Shown one piece after another: positions 55,984-64,000 of a stretch of DNA of 64,000 nucleotides (the stretch's first letter is position 1; each line of letters begins with the position of its first letter). A program made the position numbers and the translations under genes. The stretch comes from Gemmatimonadota bacterium (lineage in GTDB: Bacteria; Gemmatimonadota; Gemmatimonadetes; Palauibacterales; Palauibacteraceae). The DNA is taken from positions 40,804 through 104,803 of the forward strand of contig JBDHAC010000010.1 in the NCBI GenBank assembly GCA_039588275.1, given 5' to 3'. Under the pieces are notes generated by a model. The model was not told where the DNA came from. It ran no database searches and was given only the letters and a program-made list of their open reading frames with translations.

Positions 55984-56664
55984 TCAACTCCCGTCCTCCG
56001 CCTGCGCGGCCATGGCCTCCAGCTCTGCCATCACCTCTTCGGCCCGGTTCAGAAGTGAATCGGCGCCCGGGTCGATGGCTCTCATCCGGGTGAACAGGTC
56101 CTCTCGCATCGCGTCGATCGCCGAGGCCACGTCTTCCTGTTGGAGGGCCTGGCTCTGCGTTTCCTGAATCGAGACCTGGAGCATCTGGAGCTCACCGCCC
56201 AGCGACTGGATACGCTCCTGCTCCCCCGCCTCCTGCGCGGCCCCGTACTCGGCCCGCAGCGAGTCGAAGCGCGCCTGCATCCCCCCGATCCCGGGCGCGA
56301 TGGACTCCATCGCCGCGTCAAGCTGTTGAATGATCTCCTGCTCGCGTGCCTGCATCTCGGGGTCTTGCATCGCCTGCTCACGGACGGGCGCTAGGACCTG
56401 GTCGATCGCTTGGAGCTGCGTCATGAGAGCCATCTGCCGCTGCATGGTCTCGGCATCGATCTCCGCGGGAGCGCCCGGCACACCCTCGTGCGGGTTCGCG
56501 CTCGCCTGCGCGCCGTCCCCCGCCTCGCCCGCACCGTTCGCTTGGCAGGCCGACAGCGCCAGCCACGTGAGCGCCGGGATCGTCCGGGCAAGACGGACGG
56601 CGCGGCGCCCGGAGACACGGGGAGATCTACCGGTCCTATCGACCGGGTAACGCTCGCTTCTCAT
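55984..56664 (-). CDS. Helical/coiled-coil Gln/Glu/Met-rich lipoprotein of unknown function
   Basis: Lipobox LSAC; long amphipathic helices; start uncertain. Confidence 0.7.
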   Translation of the reverse strand: MRSERYPVDRTGRSPRVSGRRAVRLARTIPALTWLALSACQANGAGEAGDGAQASANPHEGVPGAPAEIDAETMQRQMALMTQLQAIDQVLAPVREQAMQDPEMQAREQEIIQQLDAAMESIAPGIGGMQARFDSLRAEYGAAQEAGEQERIQSLGGELQMLQVSIQETQSQALQQEDVASAIDAMREDLFTRMRAIDPGADSLLNRAEEVMAELEAMAAQAEDGS

Positions 56665-56877
56665 GCGTGAGAGTCCTCTCGATGAGGGAAGGCGCGGGGA
56701 CGACCCCACGGCGACGATCGCGGGAGGGCGGGACCGATATGCGCATGGCGCCAAACGGGTCCCCGGCGCGCCGCGGCACATGTTAACTGGGCGCGCAGGT
56801 TCTCGCACCCGGCGTCGGAGATCGGAGTTCGGTCGACCGAGGGCGCGAATCGCGGGGTGGGGTTCAGGCGATCGAGG

Positions 56878-58035
56878 CTACGTGCCGGCCGGGCCCGCTC
56901 CGAGGTCGAACGCGCCCAGCGGCTCGAGCCGCCCGTTCAGCACCACGTCGACCGTGTGCATCCCGGGGTAGTGCTTCCGGGTCGACATGTCGGCGAGCGA
57001 GATCGTCTTTCGAAGCGAGGCCGTCTGGCGCGGGGCCAGCTCGAGCCCCCGGAGCTTGAATACCTTCGGGCTGGTGCGACCACTCGCCTTCACGAAGTGC
57101 AGGTGCAGATCCACGAGCAATCGCTGCACCCCGGCACCGGTGTTCAGCAGATCGAACGCGATCACCACCGAGTCGCCGATCCGCGGCGCCGGGGGAGTGA
57201 TGGTCACGTCGCGGATGGTCACTTCGGCCGGATCGCCATAGCCGAGCAGCGCCAGCGCGCCCGGATCACCACGCTTGACGGCCGAGCGAAGCGCGTGGCG
57301 CACGAGCCAGCGGCGATCCTCGCCCGCGTCCTTCAACCACCTGCGCGCCGTGTCCACCAACAGCTCCGGATGATCCTTGCCGATGTCGTTGAGGTTGTTG
57401 GCGACGGAGCGACGCACGAAGAGCTCGGGATCGTCTTTCAGCAGCTCCAGAAGCTCCAGCACGGGACCCGGGTCTGTCTGGAAGGCACGAAGCCGGGGAG
57501 CCCAGGGCAACCGCGGGCGCGTACCCTCCGAGACCAGACGGCGCACATGGGGACGCGGGTCCGCGCTCCATTCCTTCAGGCGAGCGAGCGTCCTGTCCGT
57601 ATGCTCGACGAGGAACGGACGGATGCTGATCTCGGCGGTGAACCGCTGCGTGAGCTCGTACTGGGCGTCCATCGAGACCTCGAAGTCGTCGAGCCCGTAC
57701 TCCGCCACGAAGAAGACGTGCGGCAGGTACAGGAACCCGGACATCCCGGAGCTCTCGGTCTCGTCCGCTTCGGTTTGGCTGTCCTCGCTCTCTTCGATCT
57801 TCGGGCCCAGCGACGCCATCAGAATCTCGATCGCCGTCGGATAATCTTCGGGGAGGTGGCGTCGCAGAGCCCTGGCCAGGTGCCAGCCGCGCGGTGTGAG
57901 CTCGAGATCCTCGAAGCCGTCCAACGCGTCGTGCAGGAAGGCGTCGGCCTGGAAGTCGGCGTACACCGCCGAGATCATGCGGGCGATCTTCTGCGGTATC
58001 TCGGGGCCGAAGTAGTTCTTGAGCGGCTCTGCCAC
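56878..58035 (-). CDS. DNA alkylation repair protein (AlkC-like HEAT-repeat, COG4335) with C-terminal Ig-like domain
   Basis: MAEPLKN, LT.RFTAE..IRPF, HVRRLVSEGTRPRLPW, VRRSVANNLNDIGKDHP, PKVFKL, TRKHYPG.H. Confidence 0.9.
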   Translation of the reverse strand: MAEPLKNYFGPEIPQKIARMISAVYADFQADAFLHDALDGFEDLELTPRGWHLARALRRHLPEDYPTAIEILMASLGPKIEESEDSQTEADETESSGMSGFLYLPHVFFVAEYGLDDFEVSMDAQYELTQRFTAEISIRPFLVEHTDRTLARLKEWSADPRPHVRRLVSEGTRPRLPWAPRLRAFQTDPGPVLELLELLKDDPELFVRRSVANNLNDIGKDHPELLVDTARRWLKDAGEDRRWLVRHALRSAVKRGDPGALALLGYGDPAEVTIRDVTITPPAPRIGDSVVIAFDLLNTGAGVQRLLVDLHLHFVKASGRTSPKVFKLRGLELAPRQTASLRKTISLADMSTRKHYPGMHTVDVVLNGRLEPLGAFDLGAGPAGT

Positions 58036-58206
58036 GGACGAAGCACCCGTTCGGGTTCCTGACGTTCACCCACAACTTGCGGGTGTTTCCGGTCTGGCTC
58101 CAGCTTGGAGCATCTAACGCGATGGTTGTTGCTCGGCGCTACCAGCCTCGGGGCGTCGAGCGAGTGGCCGTAGCCCGACGTCTCCGAGCGTCTGTGGGTT
58201 CCGCCG

Positions 58207-59793
58207 ATGACCGATTTGAGACTCGTCTCCAGCGCCTCCGAGGTAGTCGGGCCGACGACGGGCGCGCGCGAGTCCTTCCCCCCGCTCCTGCTCGAGCAGT
58301 CCATCCGTCGCGTCCGCTCGTTGGCGCTCGTGATGATCGGTCTCCTGGTGGCCACGTGGCCGGTCCAGGGCCTCCTCCAGGGGTTCTTCTGGGCGGAGTT
58401 TCAGGACGCCGGCCAATGGGGTCCGCCGATCTCGATCCTCCTCGCCTCGCTGCTCATGTACCTCATCGCGGGCAGCGACCGCGTGTCCAGCCGCGCCAAG
58501 CTGAGATACGCCATCGCGTACGAGGTGGCGGTGAGCTTCGGGATCTGCTGGACCGTGTATTGGGACACGTTCGGGCTTCTCCAAGCGTTCCAGATCAACC
58601 GGGACATGCTGGGGCTCAATCCCGTCGCCGTGTGGATGCTGAGCTACACCGTGTTCGTCCCGACTCGGCCTCGCGATGCCATCGTGGGATTGCTGGGATC
58701 GGCTGCGGCGACGCCCATTACCTACGCGATCCTCGTCGGACTCGGCCAGGCTCCCGCCCTGCCGCTCGACCAGCTCTTCTGGCTGTTCACCTTCGGGTAC
58801 CTGATCGTCGCGACGCTCGCCTACTTCATGGCGCGCGTCATCTATCGCCTGGGCGAGGAGGTGCGTCGCGCGAGGGAGCTCGGGAGCTACCGATTGGAAC
58901 AGCGATTGGGGGCGGGGGGCATGGGGGAGGTGTGGCGAGCGCGACACCGGATGCTGGTGCGTCCGGCTGCCGTCAAGCTCGTGAGTCCGGCCATGCTGGG
59001 TGGGGATCCGGATCGCCTCGTCGAGACACGGGCCCGCTTCGAGCGCGAGGCGCAAGCGACGGCGCAGCTCCAGTCCAGCCACACGGTCGAGCTGTACGAC
59101 TATGGGGTCGCGGACGACGGTCGGCTCTACTACGCGATGGAGCTACTGGATGGCATCGACCTCGACCGGCTCGTGAACGAGTTCGGTCCGGCGCCCGCGG
59201 AGCGGGTCATCCACGTCTTGGCGCAGGCGTGCGCGTCGCTCGACGAAGCCCATCACCGCGGGCTGATCCACCGCGATATTAAGCCCGGTAACATCTTCCT
59301 CTGTCGACACGCGTTGCAGTTCGACGTGGTGAAGGTGCTGGATTTCGGCCTCGCCAAGCACACCGTGCTGGACGAAGGCGATGGTCGCCTGTCGCGGACA
59401 GGCGCTTTCCAGGGCACCCCCGCTTTCCTGGCCCCCGAGCAGGCGCGGGGAGAGGAGAACGTGGACGGACGGGTGGACCTCTATGCGCTCGGCTGCGTGG
59501 CCTACTGGCTGTTGACCGGAGCGCTCGTATTCGACGCGCCGTCCCCCGCTGCGATGATCGTGGCCCATGCGACGGAGGTCCCGGCACCACCCAGTCGACG
59601 GACGACCAACCCCGTACCCCCGCAGCTGGAGGAGATCGTGATGGCGTGCCTGGAGAAGGGCGCCGACGCCCGACCGGCGACGGCCCGGGACCTGAGCGAG
59701 CGGCTGGCCGGTGTCCCCCTCGACCAGCCCTGGACCCGCGCGCGAGCGGAGGCGTGGTGGGCGGAGCGGGAGCCCGATCTGGGTCTGTGGTGA
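58207..59793 (+). CDS. Hanks-type Ser/Thr protein kinase with N-terminal multi-pass membrane domain (paralogue 2)
   Basis: GAGGMGEV, AVK, HRDIKPGN, DFGLAK, GTPAFLAPE, DLYALG; colinear with 52345..53943. Confidence 0.93.
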   Translation: MTDLRLVSSASEVVGPTTGARESFPPLLLEQSIRRVRSLALVMIGLLVATWPVQGLLQGFFWAEFQDAGQWGPPISILLASLLMYLIAGSDRVSSRAKLRYAIAYEVAVSFGICWTVYWDTFGLLQAFQINRDMLGLNPVAVWMLSYTVFVPTRPRDAIVGLLGSAAATPITYAILVGLGQAPALPLDQLFWLFTFGYLIVATLAYFMARVIYRLGEEVRRARELGSYRLEQRLGAGGMGEVWRARHRMLVRPAAVKLVSPAMLGGDPDRLVETRARFEREAQATAQLQSSHTVELYDYGVADDGRLYYAMELLDGIDLDRLVNEFGPAPAERVIHVLAQACASLDEAHHRGLIHRDIKPGNIFLCRHALQFDVVKVLDFGLAKHTVLDEGDGRLSRTGAFQGTPAFLAPEQARGEENVDGRVDLYALGCVAYWLLTGALVFDAPSPAAMIVAHATEVPAPPSRRTTNPVPPQLEEIVMACLEKGADARPATARDLSERLAGVPLDQPWTRARAEAWWAEREPDLGLW

Positions 59794-59859
59794 GAAGAAC
59801 AGGCGCCCGCGAAAAGACCGCCCGCCTGAAGAGACCGTGGCCGTGAAGGAACCGGGTCC

Positions 59860-60783
59860 GTGAAGGCGAGCGACAGGCTCGCGATCGCATCCGGCATCAC
59901 GGACGCGTACGTGCTGCCGTTGCTCGTGATGCTCACATCGTTGACGGACCACCTCCGGTCGACGGCGCACCCCGTCCTGTATCTTCTGCACCGCGGTTTA
60001 CGCGACGAGTCGCTAGAAGCGATCAGCGGCGTGGTGGAGACCCGGCCGGTCACCTTCGGCGCGGCAGACCTGGCGGCGCTGCCGGAACATCGCCACTTGC
60101 CACCAGAGGCGGCGTGCCCCCTGCTGCTGGCCGACCTCTTGCCGGCGGATCAGGGCCGCGTGCTGTTCCTGGACGCCGATCTGCTCATCCTCGATGATGC
60201 CACGCGCCTGTGGTCGGTGGATCTGGATGGGCGCGTGGTGGCCGCGGCGCCCGACAGCGCGATTCGATTCTGTAGCTCACCCCGGGGCGTCAAAGGCTAC
60301 GTCGACTTGGGCATTCCCGATCATGCGGTCTACTTCAACGCGGGCGTTCTGTTGACCGATCTGGACGCGTGGCGGCAGCGGGACGTGACCCACCGGGCGT
60401 TTGACTATCTCCGGAGCACCGGAGAGTCCGTGGACTTCCTGCACCAGGAAGCGCTCAACGCGGTGCTCTGGGATGACTGGCGACCGCTGCCCGCGCGCTG
60501 GAACCTGTTGGCCGGCGTGGCCGGCCGGCCGTTCCAAAGACCCGGATCCAATGCATGGCGCGATGCGGGTATCGTTCACTTCGCGGGCCGGCTCAAGCCC
60601 TGGCGGATGCCCGTCGGTGGTCTCTTCAACGAGCGCTACCAGGCCGTTCTCGAACGCGTGCTTCATCTGGCACCGCCACGCCGTCGGACATGGAGCGAGT
60701 CGCTCTATAGCCTCTATGATCGGCGACTGCGCGACTTCTGTTACCCCCTGGAGCGCTTCCTGTGGAATCGACGGATCCTTTGA
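59860..60783 (+). CDS. Glycosyltransferase family 8
   Basis: FLDADLL (DxD), YFNAGVLL, QEALN, RWN, HFAGRLKPW; AAGGA RBS. Confidence 0.88.
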   Translation: MKASDRLAIASGITDAYVLPLLVMLTSLTDHLRSTAHPVLYLLHRGLRDESLEAISGVVETRPVTFGAADLAALPEHRHLPPEAACPLLLADLLPADQGRVLFLDADLLILDDATRLWSVDLDGRVVAAAPDSAIRFCSSPRGVKGYVDLGIPDHAVYFNAGVLLTDLDAWRQRDVTHRAFDYLRSTGESVDFLHQEALNAVLWDDWRPLPARWNLLAGVAGRPFQRPGSNAWRDAGIVHFAGRLKPWRMPVGGLFNERYQAVLERVLHLAPPRRRTWSESLYSLYDRRLRDFCYPLERFLWNRRIL

Positions 60784-61712
60784 CGCCGACTCTCTCGGTG
60801 ATCCTGCCGGCGATGCTCGGGTGGGAGACCGTTCGGGTGGCGCTGGACGCCTGGCAGGTCCAGACATGCCGATCGCAGCTGGAGGTCCTGGTTCTGTGTC
60901 CCGATGCGGAGGAGGCGAGCGCTTCCCTCCCGGCGGGGTGCACCGCGATCCCGACGGGGTCGCTGCTCCTGCATGAAGCGCGAGCGTTGGGCATTCGCCG
61001 CGCGCGCGCCCCGTACGTCCTGCTGGCCGAGGACCACTGTCTTCCGGACCCGAGCTACGCGGGGCCGATTCTGGAGCGCATCGCGGAGGGTTGGGATGCA
61101 GTCGGTCCGACACTCAGGCCCGGTAACCGCGCGACGACCTGCGCGCAGGCGTCCTTCCTGCTGGGGTATGGCCAGTGGATGGAGCCGCTCGTAGGCGGAC
61201 CGACCGACGTGTTGCCCGGGCATAACACAGTGCTGCGGCGTGCCCCGCTGCTGGATCTGGGCGATCGACTGGAAGACGATCTGCTCGTGAGCGCTTTCCT
61301 GCTCCGGAGGCTGCGTGAGGCGGGCCTGCGATTCTTCCTCGAGGACCGTGCGCGCATGCGGCACTTCGACTTGTCGGCGTTGGGCTCGACGCTCCCGATC
61401 TTCGTGACGGTGGGTCTGGGCTTCGGCGCCGTCCGGACCCGGAGCTGGCGCTGGCCGGCTCGGATTCTCTATCCGCTCCTGGCGGGTGGGGTGGCCGCCC
61501 GGCATTGGGTGCGGGCTCTGACCCAGTACCGCCGCGCCGGCCCGCAGGCCGGACTCCCTCGGTCATGCCTCCCCATGGCCGGCCTCCTCGCGCTCTTCTG
61601 GGCGGGCGGAGAGGCGCTTGGCGCGCTGCTCGGGACCGGGCGGGCCGCACCCCAGGTCTGGCGGTGCGAGGTCAAGCCTCTCGCCCCGGAGGATTTGCAG
61701 GCCGGGGCCTGA
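60780..61712 (+). CDS. Glycosyltransferase family 2-like protein with C-terminal membrane segments
   Basis: LSVILP start, AR..GI..ARAPYV.LAEDH, PGHN; TTGA overlap with the GT8 stop. Confidence 0.72.
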   Translation: MTPTLSVILPAMLGWETVRVALDAWQVQTCRSQLEVLVLCPDAEEASASLPAGCTAIPTGSLLLHEARALGIRRARAPYVLLAEDHCLPDPSYAGPILERIAEGWDAVGPTLRPGNRATTCAQASFLLGYGQWMEPLVGGPTDVLPGHNTVLRRAPLLDLGDRLEDDLLVSAFLLRRLREAGLRFFLEDRARMRHFDLSALGSTLPIFVTVGLGFGAVRTRSWRWPARILYPLLAGGVAARHWVRALTQYRRAGPQAGLPRSCLPMAGLLALFWAGGEALGALLGTGRAAPQVWRCEVKPLAPEDLQAGA

Positions 61713-61785
61713 GGCGGTCCCTGGCGACAGCCGCGCGAGACCGGCGGTCCCTGCGACCGCCACCAGGTCGAGCCGAGCTTCGGGC

Positions 61786-63810
61786 CTACTCCTCCTCGCC
61801 CGACGGCACCTCGCTCCGGATGTAGTGCCGGATCCCCTCTGCTTCGAGCTCGGTGAGGCCCGCGAAGCGAGGCATCCCGTTCTGGAGCATCTGTCCACTC
61901 ATCACCACGTTCATGAACGCCTCGCGGTCGAGCACGACGGGTGAGGCGCGCAGGTCGGGCGCCACGCCGCCCGACACGGCACCGGCGCCGTGGCACATGG
62001 TGCAGGCCTCCGCGTACGTGATGCCACCGGCCTCGGCGAGCACGCTGTCGACCACGAAGTCCGCACTGACCAGAGGCTCGGCGAAGGTCGGTGCGGCCGA
62101 AGGGGGAAGCTCCACATCGCCGCCGATCGCGAAGGCGATCAGACGGCGGGGTTGCGCCTTGTAGGCCCAGCCGTGCTTCGCGACGAGCGAGCCGAGGAAG
62201 GCGGGACCGGCGCCGCCCCACCCGACGAGGATCGCCACGTACTGCTGACCGTCCACCGCATACGTGATCGGCGGGGCGGCCATCCCGAGCCCGACGTTGG
62301 CGCTCCATACCTCTTCACCGGTTCCGGCGTCGCGCGCCACCAGGCGGCCGTCCGCCTGGCCCTGGAACACGAGGTTGCCGGCGGTGGTGAGCGTGCCGGC
62401 ACCCGCGATCCCCGGTGTCTCCACGTCCCACGCGGCGGTCTGGGTGATGGGGTTCCACGCTTTGAGCATCCCGTAGCCGGCGTCGGCCGGCACATCGCCG
62501 ATGCCCGGATCCGTCCCGGTGTCGAAGCGCCAGTCGGGACTCTCCCAATTCTCCACGTCGATGGTTTCCTCGCCGTAGCCCCCGGCGAGCTCGATGACCG
62601 GGATGTAGACGAGGCCGGTCTGCGGGTTGTACGACATGGCGTGCCAGCTGTGCGAGCCCAGCGGCCCCGGCACCACCGCTGTCAGGCTGTCGGCGTATCG
62701 CGTCCCGGGGGCTTCGATCGGCCTCTGCGCCTCCAGGTCGAAGCCGGTCGCCCACGTGATGTCGGCGAACGGCTCGGCCGACAGCACCTGGCCGTTCTCG
62801 CGGTCGATGACGTAGAAGAACCCGTTCTTGGGCGCGTGCATGGCCGCCTTGACGGTCCGACCATCGATTTCGAGGTCGGCCAGCACGATGTCCATGTTCG
62901 AGTTGTAGTCCCACGTCTCGCCCGGCACGGTCTGGTGGTGCCACTTGTACTCTCCCGTCGTCGCGTCGAGCGCGACCACCGAGCACAGGAACAGGTTGTC
63001 GCCGCCGTCCGGGCTGCGGATGCGCTGGTTCCACGGCGCGCCGTTCCCCGTCCCGATGAGCAACTGGTCAAACTCGGGGTCGTACGTGATCCCGTGCCAC
63101 ACCGTCCCGCCCCCGCCGTACTTCCACCACTCGCCCGTCCACGTCTCGGCGGCCATCGCCATGGCGTCGTTCTCGAACCCGTCGGCCGGGTTGCCCGGCG
63201 CGGTGTACCAGCGCCAGACGCGCTCGCCCGTCTCGGCGTCGTACGCGTCCAGATAGCCGCGGATCGGACCCATCTCCGTCCCACCGTTGCCGATCACCAC
63301 GAGTCCGCGAAACGCCTTGGGCGCGCCGGTGATGAAGAGCGGGAGCTCCGGATCGAGGGTCATCGTGCTCCAGATCTCCTCGCCTGTCTCCTGGTCGACG
63401 GCGATCAGGCGCCCGTCGACCGTCGCGACGTAGATCTTCCCCTCGTAGAGGGCGATCCCGCGGCTGGCGCCCCACATGATCCGCAGCCGGTCGCCGGCGT
63501 GCTCGATCACCTGCGGATCGTACTCCCACAACAGCTCGCCGCTCGTGGCATCCACGGCCCGGAGCACGTTGTAGCTCCCTTCGAAGTACATGATCCCGTT
63601 CGAGACCACCAGATCGCCGACGGTCCCGTCGCTGACCTGGGTCAGGGGGCTGAAGCGCTGCTCGTCGAACGTGCGGCCGAACGCGAGCCAGTCATCGGTC
63701 TGCGACGCGTCCGCGAGCGCGGCGTCATCGATGACCGGGGGGGCTTCTGGGTCGGCCACGCAGGCGGTGAGACACAGGAGGACTACAGGCGCGATGATGC
63801 TCCTTCGCAT
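61786..63810 (-). CDS. PQQ-dependent quinohemoprotein (type II) dehydrogenase with C-terminal cytochrome c, lipoprotein; possible internal deletion
   Basis: Lipobox LTAC; W..FGR...EQRFSPL, ITGAP, GNGG.E, GGGTVW, GTGNG.PWN, GDNLF, WDY, KNGFFY, PG.LG.H.W, CTMCH, PDLR, GMP; AGGAG RBS. Confidence 0.92.
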   Translation of the reverse strand: MRRSIIAPVVLLCLTACVADPEAPPVIDDAALADASQTDDWLAFGRTFDEQRFSPLTQVSDGTVGDLVVSNGIMYFEGSYNVLRAVDATSGELLWEYDPQVIEHAGDRLRIMWGASRGIALYEGKIYVATVDGRLIAVDQETGEEIWSTMTLDPELPLFITGAPKAFRGLVVIGNGGTEMGPIRGYLDAYDAETGERVWRWYTAPGNPADGFENDAMAMAAETWTGEWWKYGGGGTVWHGITYDPEFDQLLIGTGNGAPWNQRIRSPDGGDNLFLCSVVALDATTGEYKWHHQTVPGETWDYNSNMDIVLADLEIDGRTVKAAMHAPKNGFFYVIDRENGQVLSAEPFADITWATGFDLEAQRPIEAPGTRYADSLTAVVPGPLGSHSWHAMSYNPQTGLVYIPVIELAGGYGEETIDVENWESPDWRFDTGTDPGIGDVPADAGYGMLKAWNPITQTAAWDVETPGIAGAGTLTTAGNLVFQGQADGRLVARDAGTGEEVWSANVGLGMAAPPITYAVDGQQYVAILVGWGGAGPAFLGSLVAKHGWAYKAQPRRLIAFAIGGDVELPPSAAPTFAEPLVSADFVVDSVLAEAGGITYAEACTMCHGAGAVSGGVAPDLRASPVVLDREAFMNVVMSGQMLQNGMPRFAGLTELEAEGIRHYIRSEVPSGEEE

Positions 63811-64000
63811 GCGACGACTCCTGCTGGGGTGGGTGGCAAGGACGACGCGGGAGTCTACAAGGGTGTGGCGGGGGCCGCGAGCCCGGGCGGCAAGGCCCGA
63901 CCCCGCGGGCGAGGGCGCACCGCCGGGCGTCGCGAGCGTGGATGGCGGCGCCCGACTGATCGTATTGGGAGTCCGTGGACCCCGCATATTCTAGTTCTCT

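Noticed and set aside
61713..61761. Imperfect direct repeat GGCGGTCCCTG(G)CGAC x2 between convergent genes
   Set aside because: Only two short copies, not seen elsewhere in the window; insufficient for a REP or MITE call.
1..64000. Numerous long overlapping Arg/Pro/Gly-rich ORFs in the track; prophage, transposon, defence island or biosynthetic cluster
   Set aside because: The ORFs are shadow frames expected at high GC; no integrase, transposase, phage structural, restriction/defence or NRPS/PKS/RiPP hallmark genes were recognised.

Overview
A 64-kb, very GC-rich bacterial chromosomal window densely packed with about 50 protein-coding genes. I recognised no rRNA, tRNA, CRISPR array, integrase, transposase or phage gene. 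The gene style (exported peptidases M14/M28/S9/S41, NHL propeller lipoprotein, membrane-anchored Ser/Thr kinases, TM-TPR protein, PQQ/heme c dehydrogenases) suggests Gemmatimonadota; this is an inference. Most genes are ordinary envelope or scavenging functions. The most interesting signals are: (1) a secreted CARDB + 5x BACON-like repeat protein ending in a single dockerin-like Ca-loop, directly followed by a cohesin-sized all-beta lipoprotein (candidate new surface-docking module), with the large gene frameshifted by a perfect 17-bp tandem duplication; (2) a signal-peptide-bearing protein-L-isoaspartate methyltransferase coupled to a polytopic spermidine-synthase-like membrane protein; (3) an uncharacterised coupled Fe-S/Cys-rich gene pair; (4) two sigma-54-type promoters with similar 17-bp enhancer boxes, one beside an NtrC-family two-component system; (5) two paralogous multi-pass membrane Ser/Thr kinases; (6) a quinohemoprotein dehydrogenase lacking the vicinal Cys-Cys and carrying an apparent in-frame deletion. 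Many start codons were re-called from the ORF track using RBS position and gene overlaps. All family calls come from motif recognition by eye, not database searches.
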